NCBI RefSeq assembly: GCF_003334255.1
Contig: NZ_QOWU01000011.1
Source: Escherichia coli
Lineage (GTDB): Bacteria > Pseudomonadota > Gammaproteobacteria > Enterobacterales > Enterobacteriaceae
Length of the DNA stretch: 64,000 nt
Reading direction: 5' to 3' (one strand)
The position numbers and the translations under genes are program-made. Below, piece after piece: positions 12,739 through 24,210 of this stretch. Positions within the stretch are counted from its first letter, which is position 1, and every line of letters begins with the position of its first letter. The notes under the pieces are model-generated. The model was not told the origin of the DNA. It saw only the letters and a list, made by a program, of their open reading frames with translations, and ran no database searches.

Positions 12739-13890
12739 TTACCAGGCGGTATGGTAAAGCTCTACAATATCCTCAAGCGTTGCTTCACGCGGGTTGCCAC
12801 CGGTACAAACATCATCCAGTGCCGCCTGCGCCAGTGCCGGAATGTCTTCCTTGCGTACACCAACATCACGCAAATGTGGCGGAATACCGACATCACGGTT
12901 GAGAGCAAACACCGCTTCAACAGCGGCATTACGCGCCTCTTCCAGGCTCATACCTTCCACTTTCACGCCCATAACGCGCGCGATATCGCGGTACTTCTCA
13001 CCGGTAAAGTCAGCGTTATAACGCATGACATGCGGTAACAGGATGGCGTTCGCAACACCGTGTGGAGTGTTATAAAACGCGCCCAGTGGATGCGCCATAC
13101 CATGCACCAACCCTAACCCAACATTCGAGAAGCCCATACCCGCAACATACTGCCCGAGCGCCATTTCTTCTCCGGCATCCTTATCACCAGCAACCGATCC
13201 TCGCAGCGCCCCAGCAATGATTTCAATCGCTTTAATGTGCAGTGCATCGGTTAGCGCCCACGCGCCACGGGTAATATACCCCTCAATAGCATGAGTGAGC
13301 GCATCGACACCCGTCGCAGCTTTCAGCGCTGGAGGCATACCATCCATCATGTCAGCGTCAATAAACGCCACCTGCGGGATATCATGCGGATCAACGCAAA
13401 CAAACTTGCGCCGTTTCTCTTCGTCAGTGATCACGTAGTTAATGGTCACTTCTGCCGCAGTACCTGCTGTGGTAGGAATTGCCAGAATCGGTACACTGGG
13501 TTTATTGGTCGGGGAAAGCCCTTCCAGGCTACGCACATCGGCAAACTCCGGGTTGTTGCTGATAATGCCAATCGCTTTACAAGTATCCTGTGGAGAACCA
13601 CCACCAATAGCGATCAGGTAATCCGCGCCGCTATTCTGGAATACACCGAGCCCTTCTTTGACGACAGTAATTGTTGGGTTGGGCACTACGCCGTCGTAAA
13701 TCGCCCATGCCAGCCCTGCAGCATCCATCTTATCGGTCACTTTCGCCACCACGCCGCATTGCACCAGCGTTTTATCGGTGACGATCAGCGCCTTCTGATA
13801 ACCACGGCGTTTCACCTCATCGGTTAAAGCCCCAACAGCACCCCGACCAAACCATGCCGTTTCGTTCAGAATCATTCTGTTAGCCATCAT
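12739..13890 (-). CDS. fucO: L-1,2-propanediol oxidoreductase (lactaldehyde reductase), iron-type ADH
   Basis: ORF MMANRMILNETAWFGRGAVGAL...; true start may be the second Met at 13887 (382 aa). Confidence 0.9.
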   Translation of the reverse strand: MMANRMILNETAWFGRGAVGALTDEVKRRGYQKALIVTDKTLVQCGVVAKVTDKMDAAGLAWAIYDGVVPNPTITVVKEGLGVFQNSGADYLIAIGGGSPQDTCKAIGIISNNPEFADVRSLEGLSPTNKPSVPILAIPTTAGTAAEVTINYVITDEEKRRKFVCVDPHDIPQVAFIDADMMDGMPPALKAATGVDALTHAIEGYITRGAWALTDALHIKAIEIIAGALRGSVAGDKDAGEEMALGQYVAGMGFSNVGLGLVHGMAHPLGAFYNTPHGVANAILLPHVMRYNADFTGEKYRDIARVMGVKVEGMSLEEARNAAVEAVFALNRDVGIPPHLRDVGVRKEDIPALAQAALDDVCTGGNPREATLEDIVELYHTAW

Positions 13891-13914
13891 CCTTCTCCTT
13901 GTTGCTTTACGAAA

Positions 13915-14562
13915 TTACTCTTCAATTCGTAACCCATAGGTTTTGAATTTCTCCAGCACTACGGCAATCTCTTCATCGCTCAGCACTGGCACCGGGTCCG
14001 TAATCGCCAGGGTCGTCAGGTAAAGTTGCGCCAGCACTTCAACTTCATGCGCCAGCCATAACGCTTTTTCCAGATTCACCTCACAAGCGATAAGCCCATG
14101 ATGTTGTAACAAAGTTGCCTTACGATTTTTGAGAGCCAGCGCAACATGTTCAGAAAGTTCGCGTGTTCCAAAGGTCGCATAAGGCGCGCAAGGAATAGAA
14201 TTACCGCCAGCCGCCGCAATCATGTAGTGAATAGCGGGGATCGATCGGTTAAGAATGGAAACTGCCGTGCAATGAACGGCATGATTGTGAACAACCGCGT
14301 TGGCATCCGGTCTGCTTTGATAGGCTGCCATATGGAAACGCCATTCGCTTGAGGGGAGCTTTCCTTCCTCATGTTTACCGTTGCCATCAATAAAGACAAT
14401 ATGCGACTCCGTCAGTTTTTCATATGGAATGCCTGTAGGCGTAATCAGCATCCCATCCTGATAACGTACACTGACGTTCCCCGCTGTCCCCTGGTTCAGT
14501 CCCAGGCGGGTCATTTCCAGGCAAGTGTCAATAATCTGACGAGCAAGTTTATTTCGTTCCAT
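13915..14562 (-). CDS. fucA: L-fuculose-phosphate aldolase (class II)
   Basis: 215 aa ORF MERNKLARQIIDTCLEMTRLGLNQGTAGNVSVR... Confidence 0.9.
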   Translation of the reverse strand: MERNKLARQIIDTCLEMTRLGLNQGTAGNVSVRYQDGMLITPTGIPYEKLTESHIVFIDGNGKHEEGKLPSSEWRFHMAAYQSRPDANAVVHNHAVHCTAVSILNRSIPAIHYMIAAAGGNSIPCAPYATFGTRELSEHVALALKNRKATLLQHHGLIACEVNLEKALWLAHEVEVLAQLYLTTLAITDPVPVLSDEEIAVVLEKFKTYGLRIEE

Positions 14563-15108
14563 TAGCTACCTCTCTCTGATTCAAAACAGGGCAATAATGT
14601 TGTTCCTTTCACACTATTGAATTAGCCGTTTAATTACCCACCATCTTCTTCCTGATTAACAAGAAAGAAATTCACAAGCTTATATTTTGTGACCTGGTTC
14701 AACTAATCACAGTAAATAACTGCAAGTTCTCTTTTTATAACCCCATTAAAAATGACCGCTCTTAAAAATATTTATCAAAACGGTCATTTTTCTATTCCTC
14801 CAAGCCCGGAATGACCGTTTTCGGCACAAACAATTAATACGGTCATCTGATTTGTGTTTTTTATGATTTATTTTCTGAAACGGGCATGAAATTTCGATTA
14901 TTAAAGTGATGGTAGTCACATAAAGTCACCTTCTAGCTAATAAGTGTGACCGCCGTCATATTACAGAGCGTTTTTTATTTGAAAATGAATCCATGAGTTC
15001 ATTTCAGACAGGCAAATATTCACTGATATGAAGCCCGAACTCGCTGGTTTTGCACTTTTGAAAACATAACCGATTACGTGCTTAAGCTTCTGAACCTAAG
15101 AGGATGCT
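14563..15108. promoter_or_regulatory. Divergent fucAO / fucPIKUR control region with CRP-like sites and TGACCG repeats
   Basis: 546 bp AT-rich gap between divergent operons; CRP-like TGTGAcctggtTCAAC at 14688-14703 and aGTGAtggtagTCACA at 14905-14920; TGACCG/CGGTCA repeats at 14753, 14781, 14812, 14840, 14947. Confidence 0.6.
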
Positions 15109-16425
15109 ATGGGAAACACATCAATACAAACGCAGAGTTACCGTGCGGTAGATAAAGATGCAGGGCAAAGCAGAAGTTACATTATTCCATTCGCGCTGCT
15201 GTGCTCACTGTTTTTTCTTTGGGCGGTAGCCAATAACCTTAACGACATTTTATTACCTCAATTCCAGCAGGCTTTTACGCTGACAAATTTCCAGGCTGGC
15301 CTGATCCAATCGGCCTTTTACTTTGGTTATTTCATTATCCCAATCCCTGCTGGAATATTGATGAAAAAACTCAGTTATAAAGCAGGGATTATTACCGGGT
15401 TATTTTTATATGCCTTGGGTGCTGCATTATTCTGGCCCGCCGCAGAAATAATGAACTACACCTTATTTTTAGTTGGCCTATTTATTATTGCAGCCGGATT
15501 AGGTTGTCTGGAAACTGCCGCAAACCCTTTTGTTACGGTATTAGGGCCGGAAAGTAGTGGTCACTTCCGCTTAAATCTTGCGCAAACATTTAACTCGTTT
15601 GGCGCAATTATCGCGGTTGTCTTTGGGCAAAGTCTTATTTTGTCTAACGTGCCACATCAATCGCAAGACGTTCTCGATAAAATGTCTCCAGAGCAATTGA
15701 GTGCGTATAAACACAGCCTGGTATTATCGGTACAGACACCTTATATGATCATCGTGGCTATCGTGTTACTGGTCGCCCTGCTGATCATGCTGACGAAATT
15801 CCCGGCATTGCAGAGTGATAATCACAGTGACGCCAAACAAGGATCGTTCTCCGCATCGCTTTCTCGCCTGGCGCGTATTCGCCACTGGCGCTGGGCGGTA
15901 TTAGCGCAATTCTGCTATGTCGGCGCACAAACGGCCTGCTGGAGCTATTTGATTCGCTACGCTGTAGAAGAAATTCCAGGTATGACTGCAGGCTTTGCCG
16001 CTAACTATTTAACCGGAACCATGGTGTGCTTCTTTATTGGTCGTTTCACCGGTACCTGGCTCATCAGTCGCTTCGCACCACACAAAGTCCTGGCCGCCTA
16101 CGCATTAATCGCTATGGCACTGTGCCTGATCTCAGCCTTCGCTGGCGGTCATGTGGGCTTAATAGCCCTGACTTTATGCAGCGCCTTTATGTCGATTCAG
16201 TACCCAACAATCTTCTCGCTGGGCATTAAGAATCTCGGCCAGGACACCAAATATGGTTCGTCCTTCATCGTTATGACCATTATTGGCGGCGGTATTGTCA
16301 CTCCGGTCATGGGTTTTGTCAGTGACGCGGCGGGCAACATCCCCACTGCTGAACTGATCCCCGCACTCTGCTTCGCGGTCATCTTTATCTTTGCCCGTTT
16401 CCGTTCTCAAACGGCAACTAACTGA
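15109..16425 (+). CDS. fucP: L-fucose:H+ symporter (MFS)
   Basis: 438 aa ORF MGNTSIQTQSYRAVDKDAGQSRSYIIPFALLCSLFFLWAVANNLNDILLPQF... Confidence 0.9.
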   Translation: MGNTSIQTQSYRAVDKDAGQSRSYIIPFALLCSLFFLWAVANNLNDILLPQFQQAFTLTNFQAGLIQSAFYFGYFIIPIPAGILMKKLSYKAGIITGLFLYALGAALFWPAAEIMNYTLFLVGLFIIAAGLGCLETAANPFVTVLGPESSGHFRLNLAQTFNSFGAIIAVVFGQSLILSNVPHQSQDVLDKMSPEQLSAYKHSLVLSVQTPYMIIVAIVLLVALLIMLTKFPALQSDNHSDAKQGSFSASLSRLARIRHWRWAVLAQFCYVGAQTACWSYLIRYAVEEIPGMTAGFAANYLTGTMVCFFIGRFTGTWLISRFAPHKVLAAYALIAMALCLISAFAGGHVGLIALTLCSAFMSIQYPTIFSLGIKNLGQDTKYGSSFIVMTIIGGGIVTPVMGFVSDAAGNIPTAELIPALCFAVIFIFARFRSQTATN

Positions 16426-16457
16426 ACATATTTTCCGAATAAAGTGAGGAATCTGTA

Positions 16458-18233
16458 ATGAAAAAAATCAGCTTACCGAAAATTGGTATCCGCCCGGTTA
16501 TTGACGGTCGTCGCATGGGTGTTCGTGAGTCGCTTGAAGAACAAACAATGAATATGGCGAAAGCTACGGCCGCACTGCTGACCGAGAAACTGCGCCATGC
16601 CTGCGGAGCTGCCGTCGAGTGTGTCATTTCCGATACCTGTATCGCGGGTATGGCTGAAGCCGCTGCTTGCGAAGAAAAATTCAGCAGTCAGAATGTAGGC
16701 CTCACCATTACGGTAACGCCTTGCTGGTGCTATGGCAGTGAAACCATCGACATGGATCCAACCCGCCCGAAGGCCATTTGGGGCTTTAACGGCACTGAAC
16801 GCCCCGGCGCTGTTTACCTGGCAGCGGCTCTGGCAGCTCACAGCCAGAAAGGCATCCCAGCATTCTCCATTTACGGTCATGACGTTCAGGATGCCGATGA
16901 CACATCGATTCCTGCCGATGTTGAAGAAAAACTGCTGCGCTTTGCCCGCGCCGGTTTGGCCGTCGCCAGCATGAAAGGTAAAAGCTATCTGTCGCTGGGC
17001 GGCGTTTCGATGGGTATCGCCGGTTCCATTGTTGATCACAACTTCTTTGAATCCTGGCTGGGAATGAAAGTCCAGGCGGTGGATATGACCGAACTGCGTC
17101 GCCGTATCGATCAGAAGATTTACGACGAAGCCGAATTGGAAATGGCACTGGCCTGGGCTGATAAAAACTTCCGCTATGGCGAAGATGAAAATAACAAACA
17201 GTATCAACGTAATGCCGAGCAAAGCCGCGCAGTTCTGCGCGAAAGTTTACTGATGGCGATGTGTATCCGCGACATGATGCAAGGCAACAGCAAACTGGCC
17301 GATATTGGTCGCGTGGAAGAATCACTTGGCTACAACGCCATCGCTGCGGGCTTCCAGGGGCAACGTCACTGGACCGATCAATATCCCAATGGTGACACCG
17401 CCGAAGCGATCCTCAACAGTTCATTTGACTGGAATGGCGTGCGCGAACCCTTTGTCGTGGCGACCGAAAACGACAGTCTTAACGGCGTGGCAATGCTAAT
17501 GGGTCACCAGCTCACCGGCACCGCTCAGGTATTTGCCGATGTGCGTACCTACTGGTCACCAGAAGCAATTGAGCGTGTAACGGGGCATAAACTGGATGGA
17601 CTGGCAGAACACGGCATCATCCATTTGATCAACTCCGGTTCTGCTGCGCTGGACGGTTCCTGTAAACAACGCGACAGCGAAGGTAACCCGACGATGAAGC
17701 CACACTGGGAAATCTCTCAGCAAGAGGCTGACGCTTGCCTCGCCGCTACCGAATGGTGCCCGGCGATCCACGAATACTTCCGTGGCGGCGGTTACTCTTC
17801 CCGCTTCCTTACCGAAGGCGGCGTCCCGTTCACCATGACTCGTGTCAACATCATCAAAGGCCTGGGACCGGTACTGCAAATCGCGGAAGGCTGGAGCGTG
17901 GAATTGCCGAAGGATGTGCATGACATCCTCAACAAACGCACCAACTCAACCTGGCCAACCACCTGGTTTGCACCGCGCCTCACCGGTAAAGGGCCGTTTA
18001 CGGATGTGTACTCGGTAATGGCGAACTGGGGCGCTAACCATGGGGTTCTGACCATCGGCCACGTTGGCGCAGACTTTATCACTCTCGCCTCCATGCTGCG
18101 TATCCCGGTATGTATGCACAACGTTGAAGAGACCAAAGTGTATCGTCCTTCTGCCTGGGCTGCGCACGGCATGGATATTGAAGGCCAGGATTACCGCGCT
18201 TGCCAGAACTACGGTCCGTTGTACAAGCGTTAA
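16458..18233 (+). CDS. fucI: L-fucose isomerase
   Basis: 591 aa [33 protein letters not shown]... Confidence 0.9.
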   Translation: MKKISLPKIGIRPVIDGRRMGVRESLEEQTMNMAKATAALLTEKLRHACGAAVECVISDTCIAGMAEAAACEEKFSSQNVGLTITVTPCWCYGSETIDMDPTRPKAIWGFNGTERPGAVYLAAALAAHSQKGIPAFSIYGHDVQDADDTSIPADVEEKLLRFARAGLAVASMKGKSYLSLGGVSMGIAGSIVDHNFFESWLGMKVQAVDMTELRRRIDQKIYDEAELEMALAWADKNFRYGEDENNKQYQRNAEQSRAVLRESLLMAMCIRDMMQGNSKLADIGRVEESLGYNAIAAGFQGQRHWTDQYPNGDTAEAILNSSFDWNGVREPFVVATENDSLNGVAMLMGHQLTGTAQVFADVRTYWSPEAIERVTGHKLDGLAEHGIIHLINSGSAALDGSCKQRDSEGNPTMKPHWEISQQEADACLAATEWCPAIHEYFRGGGYSSRFLTEGGVPFTMTRVNIIKGLGPVLQIAEGWSVELPKDVHDILNKRTNSTWPTTWFAPRLTGKGPFTDVYSVMANWGANHGVLTIGHVGADFITLASMLRIPVCMHNVEETKVYRPSAWAAHGMDIEGQDYRACQNYGPLYKR

Positions 18234-18254
18234 TACATTACTCCCTGATGTGAT

Positions 18255-18324
18255 GCCCGGTCGCTCCGGCTACCGGGCCTGAACAAGCAAGAGTGGTTAG
18301 CCGGATAAGCAATGTTATCCGGCT
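18255..18324. repeat. REP-like palindromic elements between fucI and fucK
   Basis: gcccgg..ccgggc and agccggataagcaatgttatccggct palindromes. Confidence 0.5.
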
Positions 18325-18341
18325 ATATTGCAGGAGCGATT

Positions 18342-19760
18342 ATGAAACAAGAAGTTATCCTGGTACTCGACTGTGGCGCGACCAATGTCAGGGCCATCGC
18401 GGTTAATCGGCAGGGCAAAATTGTTGCCCGCGCCTCAACGCCTAATGCCAGCGATATCGCGATGGAAAACAACACCTGGCACCAGTGGTCTTTAGACGCC
18501 ATTTTGCAACGCTTTGCTGATTGCTGTCGGCAAATCAATAGTGAACTGACTGAATGCCACATCCGCGGTATCGCCGTCACCACCTTTGGTGTGGATGGCG
18601 CTCTGGTAGATAAGCAAGGCAATCTGCTCTATCCGATTATTAGCTGGAAATGTCCGCGAACAGCAGCGGTTATGGACAATATTGAACGGTTAATCTCCGC
18701 ACAGCGGTTGCAGGCTATTTCTGGCGTCGGAGCCTTTAGTTTCAATACGTTATATAAGTTGGTGTGGTTGAAAGAAAATCATCCACAACTGCTGGAACGC
18801 GCGCACGCCTGGCTCTTTATTTCGTCGCTGATTAACCACCGTTTAACCGGCGAATTCACTACTGATATCACGATGGCCGGAACCAGCCAGATGCTGGATA
18901 TCCAGCAACGCGATTTCAGTCCGCAAATTTTACAAGCCACCGGTATTCCACGCCGACTCTTCCCTCGTCTGGTGGAAGCGGGTGAACAGATTGGTACGCT
19001 ACAGAACAGCGCCGCAGCAATGCTCGGCTTACCCGTTGGCATACCGGTGATTTCCGCAGGTCACGATACCCAGTTCGCCCTTTTTGGCGCTGGTGCTGAA
19101 CAAAATGAACCCGTGCTCTCTTCCGGTACATGGGAAATTTTAATGGTTCGCAGCGCCCAGGTTGATACTTCGCTGTTAAGTCAGTACGCCGGTTCCACCT
19201 GCGAACTGGATAGCCAGGCAGGGTTGTATAACCCAGGTATGCAATGGCTGGCATCCGGCGTGCTGGAATGGGTGAGAAAACTGTTCTGGACGGCTGAAAC
19301 ACCCTGGCAAATGTTGATTGAAGAAGCTCGTCTGATCGCGCCTGGCGCGGATGGCGTAAAAATGCAGTGTGATTTATTGTCGTGTCAGAACGCTGGCTGG
19401 CAAGGAGTGACGCTTAATACCACGCGGGGGCATTTCTATCGCGCGGCGCTGGAAGGGTTAACTGCGCAATTACAGCGCAATCTACAGATGCTGGAAAAAA
19501 TCGGGCACTTTAAGGCCTCTGAATTATTGTTAGTCGGTGGAGGAAGTCGCAACACATTGTGGAATCAGATTAAAGCCAATATGCTTGATATTCCGGTAAA
19601 AGTTCTCGACGACGCCGAAACGACCGTCGCAGGAGCTGCGCTGTTCGGTTGGTATGGCGTAGGGGAATTTAACAGCCCGGAAGAAGCCCGCGCACAGATT
19701 CATTATCAGTACCGTTATTTCTACCCGCAAACTGAACCTGAATTTATAGAGGAAGTGTGA
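18342..19760 (+). CDS. fucK: L-fuculokinase (FGGY kinase family)
   Basis: ORF 18312..19760; start set at ATG 18342 ([21 protein letters not shown]...) because AGGAG lies 7 nt upstream and the 18312 ATG sits in the loop of a palindrome; 18312 start (482 aa) not excluded. Confidence 0.85.
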
Positions 19761-19761
19761 A

Positions 19762-20184
19762 ATGCTGAAAACAATTTCGCCGTTAATTTCTCCCGAACTA
19801 TTGAAAGTGCTGGCAGAGATGGGACATGGAGATGAAATTATTTTTTCCGATGCTCACTTTCCCGCCCATTCGATGGGACCGCAGGTGATCCGCGCTGATG
19901 GCCTGTTGGTGAGCGACTTGCTCCAGGCGATTATCCCGTTATTTGAACTGGACAGTTATGCACCGCCGCTGGTGATGATGGCGGCGGTAGAAGGTGACAC
20001 TCTCGATCCTGAAGTAGAACGACGTTACCGTAATGCGCTTTCACTACAAGCCCCGTGTCCTGACATCATCCGCATCAATCGTTTTGCGTTTTATGAACGG
20101 GCGCAAAAAGCCTTTGCGATCGTTATCACAGGCGAACGAGCGAAGTACGGGAATATTCTTTTAAAAAAAGGGGTAACACCGTAA
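19762..20184 (+). CDS. fucU: L-fucose mutarotase (RbsD/FucU family)
   Basis: 140 aa [39 protein letters not shown]... Confidence 0.9.
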
Positions 20185-20241
20185 TCTCATACCGGTACGC
20201 CCGCATGACGCGGGCGGTTATCGAATGATGGGGTGAAAAAT

Positions 20242-20973
20242 ATGAAAGCGGCACGCCAGCAAGCGATAGTCGACCTGCTGCTGAACCATACCAGCCTGAC
20301 CACGGAAGCTCTCTCTGAACAGCTAAAGGTCAGTAAAGAAACCATTCGTCGCGATCTCAATGAATTACAGACGCAGGGTAAAATTCTGCGCAATCATGGA
20401 CGCGCTAAATATATCCACCGTCAAAATCAAGACAGTGGCGATCCCTTTCACATCAGGCTGAAAAGCCATTATGCGCATAAAGCAGATATCGCGCGCGAGG
20501 CGCTCGCGTGGATTGAAGAAGGGATGGTGATAGCCTTAGACGCCAGTTCAACTTGCTGGTATCTGGCACGCCAGTTGCCTGACATCAACATTCAGGTCTT
20601 CACCAATAGCCATCCGATTTGCCATGAACTCGGTAAACGCGAACGCATTCAACTGATCAGTTCCGGCGGCACACTTGAGCGCAAATATGGCTGTTACGTC
20701 AATCCCTCGCTGATTTCCCAACTTAAATCGCTGGAAATCGATCTGTTTATTTTTTCTTGTGAAGGGATCGATAGCAGCGGCGCACTGTGGGACTCCAATG
20801 CGATCAACGCTGATTACAAATCGATGCTATTAAAACGTGCCGCGCAATCGTTGTTATTGATTGATAAAAGTAAATTTAATCGTTCAGGGGAAGCCCGCAT
20901 CGGGCATCTGGATGAGGTAACGCACATTATTTCTGATGAGCGCCAGGTTGCAACTTCTTTGGTAACAGCCTGA
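20242..20973 (+). CDS. fucR: DeoR-family activator of the fucose regulon
   Basis: ORF 20233..20973 trimmed to MKAARQQAIVDLLLNHTSLTTEALSEQLKVSKETIRRDLNEL (243 aa); DeoR HTH. Confidence 0.85.
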   Translation: MKAARQQAIVDLLLNHTSLTTEALSEQLKVSKETIRRDLNELQTQGKILRNHGRAKYIHRQNQDSGDPFHIRLKSHYAHKADIAREALAWIEEGMVIALDASSTCWYLARQLPDINIQVFTNSHPICHELGKRERIQLISSGGTLERKYGCYVNPSLISQLKSLEIDLFIFSCEGIDSSGALWDSNAINADYKSMLLKRAAQSLLLIDKSKFNRSGEARIGHLDEVTHIISDERQVATSLVTA

Positions 20974-21016
20974 CGGAAAGGGTAGCAGGCCGGAGACGAC
21001 GCCCCGGCCTTGCCTG

Positions 21017-22117
21017 TTATCGCTCGTCGCGACGACCACCCACCGCAGCCCAGATGCGGCGGACGTGCACCGTCACTTCTTCGCGATCGTGATACAACTG
21101 CCGCGCCTGAATCTGAGCATTTATGCCATGTTCATCAAGCTGTGCCTGAATATACGCCAGATTGTGTGACACTTCTTCGTAGCGTTTTTTCATCGGCAGT
21201 TTGAGGTTGAAAATGGTTTCACGGCACCAGCCATTAACCAGCCACTGCGCCATCAATGCCGCAACTTTCGCCGGTTTTTCAACCATATCGCATACCATCC
21301 AGGAGATATTGCTGCGCGTCGGACGGAATTTGAAACCGTCTTCCCGCAGCCACGTCACCTGTCCGGTATCCATCAGACTTTGCGCCATCGGGCCGTTGTC
21401 GACGGAATAAACCCACATGTTGCGCTTCACCAGTTGGTAGGTCCAGCCGCCAGGGCAAGCGCCTAAATCCACCGCCCACATCCCGTTCGCCAGGCGTTCA
21501 TCCCACTCATCCGCAGGAATAAACACATGAAATGCCTCTTCCAGTTTGAGCGTGGAACGACTCGGCGCATCTGCCGGAAATTTCAGGCGCGGAATGCCCA
21601 TATAGAACGGCGAATTATTGTTGCTGTATGAGTAACCGGTATAGCAGCAGCCTGGTGCAATAAAGAATACATGCACAACCGGACGCTTCGGCGTTTCATA
21701 GTTCGCCAGCACCCCGGCATCGCGCAAGGCAGCGCGTAGCGGAACAGTAAATTTACGGCAGAATTTCAGTAACTCTTTGCTTTCGTTGGTATCGGCAACT
21801 TCAACACGCAGTTCACCGCCCTTCTCTACTACGCCCTGTAACATGCCGACAATGGGGGTAATACGATCTTCTGGCGGCAAATGCTGCAGGAGTTCCCCCA
21901 CCACAAACCACTGGCGGGCAAAAATTAATGAACTGAACGGCAGCTCACGGATTAACTTATCGCCATCATCAGGTTGATAACATTCATAAATGACATAACC
22001 CGCATTCTCTTTCACGCGGGCAAAACCGAAAATTTCCCGCTGGCCGGCTTTATCGGTAATTTCTGCGGCGCACTCTTTTTCAAAGCCCGGACGGCACAGC
22101 AATACAACCTTATTCAT
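21017..22117 (-). CDS. rlmM: 23S rRNA 2'-O-ribose C2498 methyltransferase
   Basis: 366 aa [35 protein letters not shown]... Confidence 0.9.
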
Positions 22118-22505
22118 GACTTACGCCCTTGCGCTTTAAACGGATAGCACCAACTAACATTAACGCCCAGCCCGCGAGGAAGCTCACGCCGCCAACCGGA
22201 GTGACAAACGCCCACAAACGCAGATGGGACAGCGCCAGGCAATAAAGGCTGCCGCTGAACAACACCGTGCCTAACGCGAGGAAAACGCTACTCCAGTAAA
22301 ACCAGATACTGATGCGACGCTGCATTGCCACCGCCAGACCTAAGATCGCCAGCGTATGAAACGCCTGGTATTCGAGGCCGGTCTGGATCCAGCCCATCTC
22401 AACGGCCCCCATGGTTTTACTTAACACATGCGCGCCAAAAGCGCCCAGAGCCACAAAAATGAAGCCGCTAATGGCGGCGAAAATCAGCATAAAACGGCTG
22501 GTCAT
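22110..22505 (-). CDS. ygdD: DUF423 inner-membrane protein
   Basis: 131 aa hydrophobic ORF; 8 nt overlap with rlmM start. Confidence 0.85.
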
Positions 22506-22523
22506 GGTCGTACCCTACGTAAA

Positions 22524-23441
22524 TTATTGTTCATAACGAAAGCGGAATTTTTCTTGTTCAGCAGCGGCTTTCGCCAGGATCCATTGGCGAAAGGCGGCTA
22601 TTTTACCCAGTTCTGCCTGACTGTCATGACAAACCAGATAAAAAGCATTTTTACTGACCAGAACATCATTAAACGGGCAAACAAGACGTCCGGCCTCGAT
22701 TTCAGATTGCGCCATCACGTTATTTGCCAGCGCCACTCCCTGCCCGTGGATAGCCGCTTGCAGCACCATGGCGCTATGGCTAAAAATTGGCCCTTGCTGA
22801 ACGTTGATATGATTTAACCCCAACTGTCGGGTATATGTCTGCCAGTCACGGCGCGAAGCATCATGTAATAACGTATGTTTAGCCAGATCTTCCGGTGTCT
22901 TCAAGGGTTTTTCGCCAGTCAGCAGTAGCGGCGAACACACCGGCAATAAATATTCGGCGTACAGTTTTTCCACCCGTAGCCCCGGCCAGTTGCCCCGACC
23001 ATAAAATATCGCCACATCAACATCATCCGCCAGCTTATCTTCCTGACGATCAACCGCCTGGATTCGAACGTCAATTCCCGGATAAGCTGAATTAAAGCTG
23101 GAAAGTCGCGGAACCAACCAATGAATGGCGAAACTGGGGAGTAAACTGACCGTCAACGCCCCCTTGGCGCTACGGGCCTGGAGTTTACGCGTCGCTTCGG
23201 TTAATTGCGAAAATATCTCTTTGATATCGAGGAAATAGCTTTGCCCTTCCTCGGTCAGCAGGAGTGAACGATTACGGCGGCGGAACAGTTTTAGCCCCAA
23301 AAAATCCTCAAGAGACTTGATTTGATGACTTACTGCGGCTTGGGTCACAAAAAGCTCTTCTGCTGCGCGAGTGAAACTTAAATGGCGTGCTGCGGCATCA
23401 AAAACTCGTAAGGCATTTAGCGGTGGTAATCGTTTAGACAT
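22524..23441 (-). CDS. gcvA: LysR-family regulator of the glycine cleavage system
   Basis: 305 aa ORF MSKRLPPLNALRVFDAAARHLSFTRAAEELFVTQAAVSHQIKSLE... (LysR HTH). Confidence 0.9.
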   Translation of the reverse strand: MSKRLPPLNALRVFDAAARHLSFTRAAEELFVTQAAVSHQIKSLEDFLGLKLFRRRNRSLLLTEEGQSYFLDIKEIFSQLTEATRKLQARSAKGALTVSLLPSFAIHWLVPRLSSFNSAYPGIDVRIQAVDRQEDKLADDVDVAIFYGRGNWPGLRVEKLYAEYLLPVCSPLLLTGEKPLKTPEDLAKHTLLHDASRRDWQTYTRQLGLNHINVQQGPIFSHSAMVLQAAIHGQGVALANNVMAQSEIEAGRLVCPFNDVLVSKNAFYLVCHDSQAELGKIAAFRQWILAKAAAEQEKFRFRYEQ

Positions 23442-23524
23442 GGCTATTAAACTTTGATGTTAAATGAATTTAACAATTAGATCACACTATGTAACCTATT
23501 AGTTTTTTTAATCTGAGCCATTAT

Positions 23525-23553
23525 AAATTGTCCGTTGAGCTTCTACCAGCAAA
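23525..23553 (+). promoter_or_regulatory. sigma70 promoter of gcvB (-35 ttgagc, 17 bp spacer, -10 tatagt)
   Basis: Hexamers read directly; -10 ends 6 nt before the gcvB 5' end; divergent from gcvA. Confidence 0.6.
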
Positions 23554-23559
23554 TACCTA

Positions 23560-23775
23560 TAGTGGCGGCACTTCCTGAGCCGGAACGAAAAGTTTTATCG
23601 GAATGCGTGTTCTGGTGAACTTTTGGCTTACGGTTGTGATGTTGTGTTGTTGTGTTTGCAATTGGTCTGCGATTCAGACCATGGTAGCAAAGCTACCTTT
23701 TTTCACTTCCTGTACATTTACCCTGTCTGTCCATAGTGATTAATGTAGCACCGCCTAATTGCGGTGCTTTTTTTT
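23560..23775 (+). ncRNA. gcvB: GcvB small RNA (Hfq-dependent regulator of amino-acid/peptide transporters)
   Basis: ACUUCCUGAGCCGGAACGAAAAGUUUUAUCGG..., GU-rich stretch GUUGUGAUGUUGUGUUGUUGUGUUUGCA, internal terminator GUAGCAAAGCUACCUUUUUU and final terminator GCACCGCCUAAUUGCGGUGC plus U8. Confidence 0.85.
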
Positions 23776-23791
23776 ACCTTGCGATCGCGAA

Positions 23792-24022
23792 TTACTGATC
23801 CAGTTCGACCATCTCTTTCACGTCAGTACGGTTGATCTGCTGTTTGTTGCCATTAGCGTCTTTATACGAAATCATACCGGTATCGTTATCAGTCTGTGGT
23901 TTGCCGTCAGAGACGATGGTACGTCCGTCATTGGTGTGCATCACATAGTTCGAACCGGAACAGGCGCTCAGGGCAAAAGTCAGCATACAGGCAGAAATAA
24001 TTGCGGCAGTCTTTTTCATCAT
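23792..24022 (-). CDS. ygdI: DUF903 small lipoprotein
   Basis: [46 protein letters not shown]..., lipobox LSAC; start may be second Met (24019). Confidence 0.8.
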   Translation of the reverse strand: MMKKTAAIISACMLTFALSACSGSNYVMHTNDGRTIVSDGKPQTDNDTGMISYKDANGNKQQINRTDVKEMVELDQ

Positions 24023-24210
24023 CTTCTCCTTAAAGCGATTAATAAATCTTAATAGTATTGATTAACAGGCTAAAATTAACGCCTAACACTATTCAGCATA
24101 TGTTACTTACGCGGCTTCGCCAGGATATCCAGATAATTCTGATGGTTAGCACTCTCCTTGTATCAAAGTGAATTTTGCGTCACGATCGGTGCATCAAGCC
24201 GAGGAGTACC

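Noticed and set aside
16473-17325. 249 aa and 179 aa minus-strand ORFs inside fucI
   Set aside because: Antisense to a well-supported gene, with no RBS or domain signature.
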